DNA of 63,759 nt, the filler included. It is 7 parts of 7 records of this genome, joined end to end, with 100 filler letters (N's around TTAATTAATTAA, not from the genome) between each part and the next. Parts side by side here need not be neighbours in the genome. Positions count along the whole stretch, not along the records: positions 21,322 to 30,128 come from DRR723986_11263; positions 30,229 to 38,216 come from DRR723986_11275; 5 more parts are not named here. The stretch is one strand, 5' to 3'. The position numbers were made by a program, and so were the translations under genes. Under the pieces are notes generated by a model, which was given only the letters and a program-made list of their open reading frames with translations, ran no database searches and was not told the origin of the DNA. Each line of letters begins with the position of its first letter. Position 1 is the stretch's first letter. This document shows positions 27,505-37,378 of this stretch, piece by piece.

Positions 27505-28305
27505 CTACAGCCCGTACCGCGCCCAGATGGCGCGATCCTCGATTTGGCCAAACGCCGCGTCTGTCAGGCTGGCGCCGAACCGCTGAAACAGCCCGCGCTT
27601 GGGGCCGTGGACGGCAAGCCGGGTCTTTTCGCCGTAAAGCTCTTTCATCTTGGGAACCAGATGGGCGATGCCATCGGCAAGCCCCAGATCGACGGCACGC
27701 TGCCCGACCCAGAACTCGCCGGTGAAGATATCTGCATCCTCAGCCAGCCGGTCGCCCCGGCGCGCTTTGACATGCGCGATAAAGCTGTCATGGATCTGTG
27801 CCTGAAGGCTTTTCAGCCGGGCAATGTCCTCGTCCCGTTCGGGCCGGAACGGATCCAGCATGGACTTGTCCTTGCCCGCCGTATGCACCCGCCGTTCGAT
27901 GCCGTGCCGGCCAATGAATTCATGCAGTCCGAAACTGGCAGAGATCACCCCGATAGACCCGGCGATGGAACTGTCATCGAGCCAAATGTGATCCGCCGCG
28001 CAGGCCAACCAATATCCGCCAGACGCGGCCACATCCTCGACGAAGGCATGAACGGGCAGCTCTTTCTCATCCGCCAGCCGCCGGATGCGCGCGGCAATGA
28101 GCGACGATTGCGCCGGCGAGCCACCGGGCGAGTTGATCACCAACGCCACCGCCTTGGGTTTTCCCTTGGCAAAGGCGCGTTCAATCGCGGGCGCCATCGC
28201 CATATCGTTCAGCACCCCGGCCCGGCTGCCACTGGCAATGGGTCCGGTCAGCCGGATAACAGCGACCAACGGGTCGGGCGTCATGAAGGGGATGAAGCGT
28301 TTCAT
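27505..28305 (-). CDS. S49 family peptidase (SppA/SohB-like)
   Basis: INSPGGSP, AASGGYWLA, GSIGVI, TAGKDK. Confidence 0.92.
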   Translation of the reverse strand: MKRFIPFMTPDPLVAVIRLTGPIASGSRAGVLNDMAMAPAIERAFAKGKPKAVALVINSPGGSPAQSSLIAARIRRLADEKELPVHAFVEDVAASGGYWLACAADHIWLDDSSIAGSIGVISASFGLHEFIGRHGIERRVHTAGKDKSMLDPFRPERDEDIARLKSLQAQIHDSFIAHVKARRGDRLAEDADIFTGEFWVGQRAVDLGLADGIAHLVPKMKELYGEKTRLAVHGPKRGLFQRFGASLTDAAFGQIEDRAIWARYGL

Positions 28306-28492
28306 AGAAGCCCATTTAGCCATGCCCCGGTCACCCGGCAAGGGTGACCCTTGCGGAATGCCAAGGCTGTGACCTGCCTGTCGCAAACAAGTTGGAAAAA
28401 GATGCCGAACAAGTGGGTTTTCAGGTGGAGGTCATGGTTTGGCCCAGATCAGGCTATAGCGCTTGGGCCAGACCCCAGTTGATCCCGGTGCC

Positions 28493-29056
28493 ATGCCTTT
28501 CCTGTTGCTTCTTCTAGCCCTGTCCGCCCTTGGCACCTTTGCCTCACTGACAATCCCCGGCCAGTCCGATTGGCTCTTGCTTTCCCTGCCTTGCGCAGTC
28601 GCCAGCTTGGTCTTGTTGGGTCTGCGCAAACGAACAACCGTGCGGCCTGCGCCCAAACGATGGGTCATCATAGACGGCTCCAATGTCATGCACTGGGACG
28701 GCGTCACACCAGATCTGCGCCCGGTGCAGGACGCCATCCGCGCGCTGACCCGAGCAGGCTTCACGCCGGGCGTCGTGTTCGATGCCAACGCAGGCTACAA
28801 GTTGCAAGGCCGGTATCTGAACGACCGAGACCTCAGCCGCCTGCTGAACCTGCCGCGCGACCGGATCATGATGGTACCCAAGAATACACCCGCCGATCCG
28901 ATGATCCTGACCGCCGCCCGCGACTATGCTGCGCGGGTTGTAACGCGGGACCGCTTCCGCGACTGGATCGACACTTTCCCCGAGATCCGGCAACCGGGCT
29001 TCCTGATTGCCGGTCGCTACGAGGGTGACACCTTGCTGTTGGACCTGTCGGCCTGA
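28493..29056 (+). CDS. Membrane-anchored NYN/PIN-fold ribonuclease (Zc3h12a-like)
   Basis: Two N-terminal hydrophobic segments, then IIDGSNV, VVFDA, ADPMIL and VVTRDRFRD carrying the acidic catalytic residues. Confidence 0.78.
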   Translation: MPFLLLLLALSALGTFASLTIPGQSDWLLLSLPCAVASLVLLGLRKRTTVRPAPKRWVIIDGSNVMHWDGVTPDLRPVQDAIRALTRAGFTPGVVFDANAGYKLQGRYLNDRDLSRLLNLPRDRIMMVPKNTPADPMILTAARDYAARVVTRDRFRDWIDTFPEIRQPGFLIAGRYEGDTLLLDLSA

Positions 29057-29059
29057 AGC

Positions 29060-29863
29060 CTATTGCGCGGTCCAGCCGCCATCTACCGGGATCGCGGTGC
29101 CTGTTACGTTGTGGGCCATCGGATCGCACAGCCAAAGCGCCAGCCGACCCATCTCGGACGGGTCAGAGGTGCGGCGGGTGGGCTGCTTTTCGGCCAGCAG
29201 GTCGGCAATGGCCGCGTCGCGGTCGCCGCCGATGCTCTGGGCGCGAGCCTCGATCTGCGGCACGATCAGCGCGGTTTCCGTCCAGCCGGGGCAGATGCAG
29301 TTCACCGTGACGCCGCCCGAGGCCTTGCTGCCCGCGGTCGCATATTCCAGTGCTGCCACCTTGCTAAGACCAATGATCCCGTGCTTGGCGGCCACGTAAG
29401 GCCCCTTGTGCACCGATCCGATCAACCCCTGAACGCTTGCGATATTCACCACCCGGCCAAAGCCGCGATCGGCCATCACCGGCAAGGCATGTTGCATGGT
29501 GTGGAAGGCCGCCGATAGGTTCACGGCAATGATCGCGTTCCAGCTGTCACGTGGCATGTCGCTGAGCGGCGCGGTGTGCTGGATACCGGCGTTGTTCACC
29601 AAGATATCGGCCCCGCCCCAATCCGCCACCGCTGCCATCAGCGTGTCAATCTCCTCTGGCTCCATCAGGTTGCCGGGAAAGAAGCGGACGTCGCCTGCGC
29701 CTGCGGCCCGCAGGGCCTCGCTCGCCTGCTCTATCTGTGACGGCTCGGCTATCCCATGCAGCGCAATCCGCGCGCCTGCCGCCGCCAACGCCTCGGCAAC
29801 CGCAAAGCCGATGCCCTGTACCGATCCGGTAATCAGGGCCGTCTTTCCCGAAAGATCCGTCAT
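29060..29863 (-). CDS. 3-hydroxybutyrate dehydrogenase-like SDR
   Basis: TGSVQGIG, NNAGIQH, YVAAKHG, ICPGW, LLAEKQP. Confidence 0.85.
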   Translation of the reverse strand: MTDLSGKTALITGSVQGIGFAVAEALAAAGARIALHGIAEPSQIEQASEALRAAGAGDVRFFPGNLMEPEEIDTLMAAVADWGGADILVNNAGIQHTAPLSDMPRDSWNAIIAVNLSAAFHTMQHALPVMADRGFGRVVNIASVQGLIGSVHKGPYVAAKHGIIGLSKVAALEYATAGSKASGGVTVNCICPGWTETALIVPQIEARAQSIGGDRDAAIADLLAEKQPTRRTSDPSEMGRLALWLCDPMAHNVTGTAIPVDGGWTAQ

Positions 29864-30128
29864 CTGTCATTCTCCAACAGTTTGCGCAGTTCGGTTTTCA
29901 ACACCTTGCCGTAGTTGTTCTTGGGCAGCGCTTTGACCCGGCGATACATCTTGGGGCGCTTGAAACGGGCGATGTTTTCCAGACACAGCGCATCCAACTC
30001 CTCCGGCCGCGCCTGACCGACGTAGAAGGCCACCACCTCTTCGCCCCATTCGGGATGCGGTTTGCCGACGACAGACGCTTCTGACACGGCCTCATGCATC
30101 AGCAGCACCTCTTCGACTTCGCGCGGGT
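29860..30128 (-). CDS. Acyl-CoA synthetase / AMP-binding enzyme, C-terminal fragment
   Basis: PREVEEVL...HPEWGE...LPKNNYGKVLK. Confidence 0.85.
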
Positions 30129-30228
30129 NNNNNNNNNNNNNNNNNNNNNNNNNNNNNNNNNNNNNNNNNNNNTTAATTAATTAANNNNNNNNNNNNNNNN
30201 NNNNNNNNNNNNNNNNNNNNNNNNNNNN
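30129..30228. other. Artificial contig spacer
   Basis: N44-TTAATTAATTAA-N44. Confidence 0.98.
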
Positions 30229-30229
30229 T

Positions 30230-30490
30230 GTGCAGAACTACGAAGGCGTCTGCATCGCGCGCAAGAACGGATCGGGCATTGCCGGATCGTTCACCGTTCG
30301 CAAGATTTCCTTTGGCGAAGGCGTGGAACGTGTGTTCCCGCTGCACTCGACCAACATCGACAGCATCACCGTCGTGCGCCGTGGCCGCGTGCGTCGTGCC
30401 AAGCTGTACTACCTGCGTTCGCGTCGCGGTAAATCCGCCCGTATCGCGGAAGTTTCCAACTACAAGCCCAAAGCTGGCGCTGAAGCGTAA
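30230..30490 (+). CDS. rplS: 50S ribosomal protein L19, 5'-truncated
   Basis: [17 protein letters not shown]...[12 protein letters not shown]. Confidence 0.96.
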   Translation: MQNYEGVCIARKNGSGIAGSFTVRKISFGEGVERVFPLHSTNIDSITVVRRGRVRRAKLYYLRSRRGKSARIAEVSNYKPKAGAEA

Positions 30491-30501
30491 GGAACGGGAC
30501 C

Positions 30502-30723
30502 ATGAAAAAAGACACCCATCCCGAGTATCACCTGATCGACGTCAAGATGACCGACGGCACCATTCTCCAGATGAAATCCACCTGGGGCGCCGAAGGCGAT
30601 CAGCTGTCGCTGGACATCGACCCCACCGTTCACCCGGCATGGACCGGCGGCACCTCGCGCCTGCTGGACACCGGCGGCCGCGTGTCGAAGTTCAAGAAAA
30701 AGTACGAAGGCCTCGGCTTCTGA
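30502..30723 (+). CDS. rpmE: 50S ribosomal protein L31
   Basis: MKKDTHPEY...HPAWTG...GGRVSKF. Confidence 0.96.
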   Translation: MKKDTHPEYHLIDVKMTDGTILQMKSTWGAEGDQLSLDIDPTVHPAWTGGTSRLLDTGGRVSKFKKKYEGLGF

Positions 30724-30747
30724 GCCATCCCGCCTTTCGGAACAGAG

Positions 30748-30778
30748 AAACGCCGCCCTTTATCGGGGCGGCGTTTTT
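30748..30778 (+). terminator. Intrinsic terminator after rpmE, probably bidirectional
   Basis: AAACGCCGCCC-loop-GGGCGGCGTTTTT. Confidence 0.85.
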
Positions 30779-30786
30779 CGTTGGGT

Positions 30787-31131
30787 CTAGCCATGTTCAG
30801 CACGACTGTCCGCCGGGGCCTGATCCCGATCGGTCAAACCGTAGTCGCGCAGCACATGGGCCACCCGCAGGCGGTAGTCATCGAAAACCCCGCCGCGCCC
30901 GGCCTGCTGCGCCGCGCGATGACTTTGCAGGCTGCGCCAGCGGGCCACGGCCTCTTCGTCCTCGAAGAAGGACAGTGACAGCAGCTTTCCGGGGTGGGTC
31001 AGGCTTTCGAACCGTTCGACCGAAAGGAAGCCTTCGATCTGGTCCAGCTCCGCGCGCAGCGTGGCGGCGATATCGAGATAGCGGTCGCGCTGCCCCTTGG
31101 CGGGTACGACCTCGAAAATCACAGCGATCAT
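30787..31131 (-). CDS. Antibiotic biosynthesis monooxygenase (ABM) family protein
   Basis: MIAVIFEV...GFLSVERF...LSLSFFEDE...H...Q..GR..VF.DY.LRVA. Confidence 0.85.
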   Translation of the reverse strand: MIAVIFEVVPAKGQRDRYLDIAATLRAELDQIEGFLSVERFESLTHPGKLLSLSFFEDEEAVARWRSLQSHRAAQQAGRGGVFDDYRLRVAHVLRDYGLTDRDQAPADSRAEHG

Positions 31132-31451
31132 GAACGAACCCCATGCGGCACAGAGGCCAGCTTCAGGAACGTCCGGTCCTCTCGCAGCAGGAATTTCTCG
31201 CGCTGCGCGAAGGCATAGTTTTCCTGGCCAAGCGGATCGGCGGTCAACCGTTCCCGATACGCCTCATAGGCTGCAAGGCTTTCGATAGTGTAGATGCCAT
31301 AGGCTAATGTCGAAGACCCTTCATGCGGGGCGAAATAGCCGATCAGGTCCGCCCCACAGCGGGGAATGGCCTGTCCCCAGTTGCGGGCATAGGTTTCGAG
31401 CTGGGCTTTCTTGATCGGGTCGATCTGGTAGCGGATAACGCAGGTCAGCAT
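31128..31451 (-). CDS. NIPSNAP family protein
   Basis: TCVIRYQID...IPRCG..LIGYFAPHEG...SLAAYEAYR...EDRTFL. AAGGA RBS before ATG 31451. Confidence 0.85.
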   Translation of the reverse strand: MLTCVIRYQIDPIKKAQLETYARNWGQAIPRCGADLIGYFAPHEGSSTLAYGIYTIESLAAYEAYRERLTADPLGQENYAFAQREKFLLREDRTFLKLASVPHGVRS

Positions 31452-31464
31452 GGTCTTGTCCTTC

Positions 31465-31531
31465 ATGGTTCGATGATGCCCGAACCATAGCTGATTGCCT
31501 TACGCCAATGCTTCGCCTACGGTCGAACTAT
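31465..31531. promoter_or_regulatory. Twin palindromic operators (TTCG-N8-CGAA core) in the divergent NIPSNAP/ArsR intergenic region
   Basis: ATGGTTCG-N8-CGAACCAT (31465-31488) and ATGCTTCG-N8-CGAACTAT (31508-31531). Confidence 0.75.
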
Positions 31532-32216
31532 GAAGGATGGACCTGATATTGCCCGCATCGCCGCCCTGATCGGCGATCCCGCCCGCGCCAACATGCTGAC
31601 AGCGTTGATGAGCGGCAAGGCCCTGACCGCCACCGAACTGGCGGCAGAGGCGGGCGTGACCTTGCAAACCGTCAGCGCCCATCTGGCCAAGCTGCAAGAT
31701 GGCGGCCTGTTGGAAATGCGGCGGCAGGGACGGCACAAATACGCAAGCCTCGCCAATGATCAAGTGGCCAAGACGCTAGAGGCCCTGATGGGGCTGGCGG
31801 CGGGCGCAGGCCATTTGCGCACCCGCACCGGCCCCCGCGATCTGGCGCTGCGCGAGGCGCGGGTGTGCTACAATCATCTGGCAGGCGATATGGGCATTCT
31901 GCTTTTTGACCGGTTGCTGGAACAGGGATGGTTGCGGGATGACCCGGAGTTTCCGGTTCTGACCGAAAGCGGCGCGGGCCGGATGTCCGCCCTTGGCCTC
32001 GACATCCCCGCGCTTGAATCCGCCCGCCGCCCGATCTGCCGTGCCTGCCTTGACTGGAGCGAGCGGCGCAGCCATCTGGCGGGCGGTTTGGGCCACGCAC
32101 TGCTTGACATGATGCTGAACCGGGGATGGGCAAGACGCCTGCCAGACAGTCGCGTGATCGACTTCAGCCCGGCAGGAAAAACAGCGTTTCACCGGGCATT
32201 CCCGGCAATGGGCTGA
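31530..32216 (+). CDS. ArsR/SmtB-family regulator with C-terminal CYxHLAG/CLDWSERR domain
   Basis: IGDPARANML, TATELA, SAHLAKL, QGRHKY, ARVCYNHLAG, CLDWSERRSHLAG. Confidence 0.88.
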   Translation: MKDGPDIARIAALIGDPARANMLTALMSGKALTATELAAEAGVTLQTVSAHLAKLQDGGLLEMRRQGRHKYASLANDQVAKTLEALMGLAAGAGHLRTRTGPRDLALREARVCYNHLAGDMGILLFDRLLEQGWLRDDPEFPVLTESGAGRMSALGLDIPALESARRPICRACLDWSERRSHLAGGLGHALLDMMLNRGWARRLPDSRVIDFSPAGKTAFHRAFPAMG

Positions 32217-32327
32217 TTGCGGGTCATTCCCGCTTAACACCACCCGCTTAACCCCGTATATTGCGGCCTAACCGATTTGCCCCACGAAATGAGGGCAAAC
32301 GAGACCAAGACCGCGAAGGGGACTCCG

Positions 32328-33137
32328 GTGGCGCATATTATCGTTTTCGGCAATGAAAAGGGTGGCTCGGGCAAATCGACCACTGCCATGCACGTGGCAA
32401 CGGCGCTTGCCCATCTTGGGCATCGCGTTGGCGGGCTGGATCTGGACCTGCGCCAACGCACGTTCGGGCGCTATCTGGAGAACCGTCAGAACACGATCAC
32501 CGCGCGGGAACTGGACCTGTCCACGCCCTTCCTGATCGACCTGCCCGAGATCGACCCGGCGACACTTGGTCCTGACGAGAACATCTACGACCGCCGCCTT
32601 TCCGCTGCCGTTGCCGACCTCGATCCGCGTTGCGACTTCATCGTCATCGACTGCCCCGGATCGCACACAAGGCTCAGCCAGGTGGCCCATTCTCTGGCGG
32701 ACACGCTGGTCACGCCGATGAATGACAGCTTTGTCGACTTCGACCTACTGGCCCGGATCGACCCCGAAACCTACGAGATCAAGGGGCCGTCCGTCTATTC
32801 CGAGATGGTCTGGCATTCCCGCCAGCTGCGCGCCAAGGCCGGGCTGAAACCCATCGACTGGATTGTCGTGCGCAACCGCTTGGGCGCACAGATGATGCAC
32901 AACAAACGCAAAGTGGGCGAGGCGCTAACCAACCTGTCACGCCGCATCGGCTTTCGCGTGGCACCGGGGATGAGCGAGCGCGTGATCTTCCGCGAACTGT
33001 TCCCTTCAGGCATGACGCTGCTTGATCTGCGTGCCATGGGGGTGGACCGGCTGAACATCTCGAACCTGTCCGCACGCCAGGAACTACGCGATCTGATGAA
33101 AACGCTGAACCTGCCCGGCGTGTCAGTGGATTTCTAG
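32328..33137 (+). CDS. mipZ: Division plane positioning ATPase MipZ
   Basis: GNEKGGSGKST, DLDLRQRT, TPMNDSFVDFD, ERVIFRELFP. GTG start after GAAGGGG. Confidence 0.93.
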   Translation: MAHIIVFGNEKGGSGKSTTAMHVATALAHLGHRVGGLDLDLRQRTFGRYLENRQNTITARELDLSTPFLIDLPEIDPATLGPDENIYDRRLSAAVADLDPRCDFIVIDCPGSHTRLSQVAHSLADTLVTPMNDSFVDFDLLARIDPETYEIKGPSVYSEMVWHSRQLRAKAGLKPIDWIVVRNRLGAQMMHNKRKVGEALTNLSRRIGFRVAPGMSERVIFRELFPSGMTLLDLRAMGVDRLNISNLSARQELRDLMKTLNLPGVSVDF

Positions 33138-35029
33138 CGCCAGAGAACGCCGGCGGCAGGGACGGTCAGGCCGTCCCATGTCTGCGGCTCCGGGTCGTAG
33201 TTGATCAGGAATTCCGTGCCCCCCGCCTGCCTGCGACGCAATCCGCCGGGCATATCGGTGGTGGGAACACCGGCATCCGTCAGGGCATCGCGCAGAAAGG
33301 CAATCATCGCCTCTTCATCCAGCCACGCACCTAGATAGGTGACGCGGCCAGTGCGCATCGCCAGCGGCTGGCCCTCTGCACTGCGCAAGATGACATCCGC
33401 AGCGCCTTCCAGATCCTCCTGCCACAGCTGCACATGGCCACCACACTGAACGGGGCGCGGCATGTCCGGGCGCAAAGATTCCACGCGGGACACGGTCACA
33501 TCGACGCCGGGGATGGCGGGCGGCAAGGGCACGGGGATGTGCATCTCAGCGGTTTTCGCATTCGTGCGAGGGCCCAGAATGATGGGGCCCTCATGGGCGG
33601 CGATGGCCGTTTTGAATGCGCCCGTCAGTGTCACTGCGCCGGGGGCCAACACCAGATTGTATCCTGTCAGATCAGCCGTATCTGGCGGCAGAATATCGAC
33701 AGACAGACCCAGTTTGCGCAAGCCTTTATAGGTTTCGAACACTAGCCTGAAATAGTCCTGTCCCTGCCCTTGCGGCTGCACCTGCCACGCCCATTGTGAC
33801 GCATAGTCGAAAACCAGACCCACGGGGGTCTGCGTCGCCTCAACCTCTGGCAATTCCGCCAGTTCGCGGGCGACCTGAGCCGCCTCGTGATAGGCCTGCG
33901 CGGGCTGGCTGTCGGGGCGGAGCATCCCGGCATGCATCTGTTCCTGCGCGAAAGGGGCCTGCCGCCAACGGAAATAGCACACAGCCTCGGCCCCATGGGC
34001 AAAGGCCTCCCACGCCCAAAGGCGCGGCATGCCCCGCAGCGGCGCGGGGTTGTAGGGTGCCCAGTTCACCGGCCCGGGCTGCTGTTCCATGACCCACCAG
34101 CGGCCATTCCCCACGGCGCGATACAGGTCATGGTGGAACGCCTGAAAATCCGGGTCACCCTGCTGCGCGTAGCGGCGTTTATGGGCGTCATCACCCTCGA
34201 TCCGGTCCTCAAGGAACCCCATCGGGTAGCTGTCCCAGGTGGCAATCTCCATCTGGCGGCCGGTGTCGTAGTGGTCGAAATCAGTGATCCGGCCCATATA
34301 GTTGTGCGAAATTGGCGCGTCGGAATGGGCGCGGATGATATCCACCTGCACGGCATTGAACCGCGCCACCTGATCGGAACTGAAGCGGCGGAAGGCGAGC
34401 CCATGGGCGGGGTTGGGTTCCGTCACCGTCAGGTTCGGCAGCCCGATCTGGTCAAAGGACTGATACTCCATCGACCAGAACACATTGCCCCATGCAGCAT
34501 TGAGCGCCGCAACCGTCCCGTAGCGATCTGCGCACCACGCCTGAAAGGCCACGCGCGCGGCGTCGGAATAGGAAATCACCGTATCATGGCAGCCATATTC
34601 GTTATCCGTCTGCCACGCGGCGACATGGCTGTTGGCGCCGTAGCGTTCGGCCAGAAGCCGGGTGATCCGGGCGCTTTCCTCGCGATAGCCATCATGGCTG
34701 AAACAATAGTGTCGACGTGAACCGAACCCGCGCGGGCGACCATCCGTATCCACCGCCAGCATGTCCGGATGCCGGTCCAGCATCCAGCGCGGAGGAGTTG
34801 CCGTCGGCGTGCCCAGAACCACCTTCAGCCCGGCGACCCCAAGCGTTTCAATCGCCCGGTCGAGCCAGTCAAAGCGCAGATCACCAGGCGTGGGTTCCAA
34901 CCGGGACCACGCGAATTCGCCGATGCGAACCCATGTCAGGCCGACCTCGACCATTCGGGCGGCATCCTCGGTCCATTGCGATTCCGGCCAGTGTTCGGGG
35001 TAGTAACAGGTGCCGAGTGTGCGTTTCAC
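33134..35029 (-). CDS. Beta-galactosidase, GH42
   Basis: [39 protein letters not shown]. Confidence 0.94.
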   Translation of the reverse strand: MKRTLGTCYYPEHWPESQWTEDAARMVEVGLTWVRIGEFAWSRLEPTPGDLRFDWLDRAIETLGVAGLKVVLGTPTATPPRWMLDRHPDMLAVDTDGRPRGFGSRRHYCFSHDGYREESARITRLLAERYGANSHVAAWQTDNEYGCHDTVISYSDAARVAFQAWCADRYGTVAALNAAWGNVFWSMEYQSFDQIGLPNLTVTEPNPAHGLAFRRFSSDQVARFNAVQVDIIRAHSDAPISHNYMGRITDFDHYDTGRQMEIATWDSYPMGFLEDRIEGDDAHKRRYAQQGDPDFQAFHHDLYRAVGNGRWWVMEQQPGPVNWAPYNPAPLRGMPRLWAWEAFAHGAEAVCYFRWRQAPFAQEQMHAGMLRPDSQPAQAYHEAAQVARELAELPEVEATQTPVGLVFDYASQWAWQVQPQGQGQDYFRLVFETYKGLRKLGLSVDILPPDTADLTGYNLVLAPGAVTLTGAFKTAIAAHEGPIILGPRTNAKTAEMHIPVPLPPAIPGVDVTVSRVESLRPDMPRPVQCGGHVQLWQEDLEGAADVILRSAEGQPLAMRTGRVTYLGAWLDEEAMIAFLRDALTDAGVPTTDMPGGLRRRQAGGTEFLINYDPEPQTWDGLTVPAAGVLWR

Positions 35030-35877
35030 AGGATGACCTCATGTTCGCGTTGGCCATGGGCGATATCGATGGCGACAAAGACCTGCCCCGCAAGCGGTTC
35101 ATTGGACAAATCCGTCTCCGACAGGTCTTGCCGCGCGGTTGTTACGTAAAGGTCGCGCAGATCAGGCCCGCCGAACGCGGGGCAAGAGGGCTGCGATACG
35201 GGCAAGTTCACGTCCCGCAAAACGCTGCCGTCCGGCGCATAGGCCCGCACGCGGGATGACCCCCATTCGGCGCACCAGAACGTCCCGTCCGCATCCAGCA
35301 CAGCGCCATCTGGGTTGGGGCTGTCAGGGCCGTGATTCAGAAATATCTCCGGCTCTCCCACAGGCCAGCCGTCCTTGTCGGACAATCGCTGTCGCCAGAC
35401 CGTGCCAGAGGCGGTATCCGCGAAATGGGCAAAGGCCCCGTCGGGGGCAAAACAGATCGCGTTGGAAATGGTGATCTTGTCGAAAAGCCTGCGCAATTCA
35501 CCTTGGTAGTAGCGGTAAATTGCACCTGCTTCCGGCTGCGCGCGCTTGCCCATGGTACCAATCCAGAACCCGCCCCACGGATCGGCCCGGCCATCGTTGG
35601 ACCGCGTCAGCGGGTTGTCGGCCTCCAACGGCGCAATGCGGTCTTGCGCGCCGGTGTCCAGATTCAGCCGGATCAGATCCGTTTCCGTGGCCACCAACAG
35701 CGCATCCCGCCCCATCCATGCGGCGGCCGAGACATGCCGGTTGAACACCCATTCCTGGCCCGGTGTCATCAACCGTTTGCCGTTGATATCAAACCAGAAA
35801 AGCTGCTGCCGTTCCGGGTGCCAAAGTGGTCCTTCCCCAAGGTCGCACGGGCGGCTGTCAAAGACGGCGGCAGTCAC
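35026..35877 (-). CDS. SMP-30/gluconolactonase family lactonase (probable galactonolactonase)
   Basis: LGEGPLW, RSNDG, SNAICF, PDGA, CPAFGG. Lies within the dgo operon. Confidence 0.88.
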   Translation of the reverse strand: MTAAVFDSRPCDLGEGPLWHPERQQLFWFDINGKRLMTPGQEWVFNRHVSAAAWMGRDALLVATETDLIRLNLDTGAQDRIAPLEADNPLTRSNDGRADPWGGFWIGTMGKRAQPEAGAIYRYYQGELRRLFDKITISNAICFAPDGAFAHFADTASGTVWRQRLSDKDGWPVGEPEIFLNHGPDSPNPDGAVLDADGTFWCAEWGSSRVRAYAPDGSVLRDVNLPVSQPSCPAFGGPDLRDLYVTTARQDLSETDLSNEPLAGQVFVAIDIAHGQREHEVIL

Positions 35878-36479
35878 CTTGTGGCCTCATCAAAGGCCGC
35901 GACCAGTGCCGTGGCGCGTTGACTGATGTCCTTTGCGGACAGTCCCGGCGTATAGAGCGCGGTGCCAATACCAAAGCCGTCGACACCAGCCTCCCACCAC
36001 TCCGCAAAGTTCCCCGGACCCGCGCCGCCGACGGCATAGACCTGCGTGCCCGCAGGCAGCACCGCGCGGATCGCTTTCACGCCTGCGGGGCCGATCAGGC
36101 TGGCTGGGAAGATCTTTAGCCCATCCGCCCCGGCCTTTAGCGCGGCAAAGCATTCTGTGGGCGTCATCACGCCGGGAAAGCTTTGCAATTCCAATCGCTT
36201 GGTTTCCGCGATCACCTCCGGGTCCATATTCGGCGAAACCACCAGCTTGCCGCCCATATCCGCCACGCGGGCGACATCCTGCGGCGTCAGGACCGTGCCC
36301 GCACCGATAAGGGCATCCGTGCCATAGCTGCGCGCCATTCGGGCGATGCTGTCGAACGGGTCGGGGGAATTCAGCGGCACCTCGATCCGGGTGATCCCGG
36401 CAGCGACGAGCGCTTCGGTGATGGGTTCGGCCTCGGGCGGTGTGATGCCGCGCAGGATGGCGATGATGGGGCGGCTCAT
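35874..36479 (-). CDS. dgoA: 2-dehydro-3-deoxy-6-phosphogalactonate aldolase
   Basis: [29 protein letters not shown]. Confidence 0.92.
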   Translation of the reverse strand: MSRPIIAILRGITPPEAEPITEALVAAGITRIEVPLNSPDPFDSIARMARSYGTDALIGAGTVLTPQDVARVADMGGKLVVSPNMDPEVIAETKRLELQSFPGVMTPTECFAALKAGADGLKIFPASLIGPAGVKAIRAVLPAGTQVYAVGGAGPGNFAEWWEAGVDGFGIGTALYTPGLSAKDISQRATALVAAFDEATR

Positions 36480-37378
36480 GGGGCCTCCGACAGTTTGGCA
36501 TGGGCGAGGCGGAGCCCCGCAAGGGTCAGGGTTTCCGCGTCGCGTGTAAGGCATTGAACGCCTTGAGTTTCCAGCGCCCGCGCATAGAGCGCCACCAGCG
36601 CAGGCGCGCCACCGATCAGCACCTGCTGACCGAGCCAATACGGCTTGGCCGCAGCCAGTTCCGCGCCGATCAGAAGACCCGAAAGACGGCCCTTTGCTGC
36701 GGCGTTGGACTGACCGTGCAACAGCCCCTCGGCGCGGATGGTGAACAACGACTGCGCGAGCCGTTCCGGCCGGGACAGGGTCTCGGCAACCGCAGTGTCA
36801 AACGCATCCCGGTCGAACGCGTCGCCACCCACCGAATGGCGCAAAACGGACTGGTTCGAAAGCAGCGCGAAAAGCTCGCCGGTCATTGCAGTGCGGAAAC
36901 TGACGATCTCTTCCGCTGAGATGTGAATCCATTTCGTATGGGTTCCGGGCAGGCAGAGAATGCCGTCGAACTGCGGATTTTCGTGAATGACTCCAGCGGT
37001 TTGCGTTTCCTCGCCACGCATGACATCGGCGGGGCTGTCCTGACTGACGCCGGGCAGGATGGAGAGGTTCAGGCGGGGATCAGTCGTCGGCGGCGTAATC
37101 GGTGTGGCGTCGCCCGGTTTACAGGGAACGGCGCGATAGGGGGCCTCGACCCAGCCCTGTTTTGCGCCGACCATGCCGCAGGCGATGACATCGGTGGGGG
37201 TATTGCCAAGCCAAGGGGCGATAAGGCGCAGGAGGGCGGGTTCGAACTCGGCCTGCGCGAGGCCGCCCATACCATCCGTCGACCCGGCCTTGTCCAGCAC
37301 CGCACCATCCGCGCCAATCGCCCAGGCCCGAAGGTGCGAGGTGCCCCAGTCGACCGCGATCCAATCCGTCTTTTTCAT
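36476..37378 (-). CDS. dgoK: 2-dehydro-3-deoxygalactonokinase
   Basis: [40 protein letters not shown]. Confidence 0.94.
   Translation of the reverse strand: MKKTDWIAVDWGTSHLRAWAIGADGAVLDKAGSTDGMGGLAQAEFEPALLRLIAPWLGNTPTDVIACGMVGAKQGWVEAPYRAVPCKPGDATPITPPTTDPRLNLSILPGVSQDSPADVMRGEETQTAGVIHENPQFDGILCLPGTHTKWIHISAEEIVSFRTAMTGELFALLSNQSVLRHSVGGDAFDRDAFDTAVAETLSRPERLAQSLFTIRAEGLLHGQSNAAAKGRLSGLLIGAELAAAKPYWLGQQVLIGGAPALVALYARALETQGVQCLTRDAETLTLAGLRLAHAKLSEAP

Noticed and set aside
30502..30723. L31 lacking zinc-binding cysteines
   Set aside because: This is normal for alphaproteobacterial L31 and is not evidence of a zinc-starvation paralogue.
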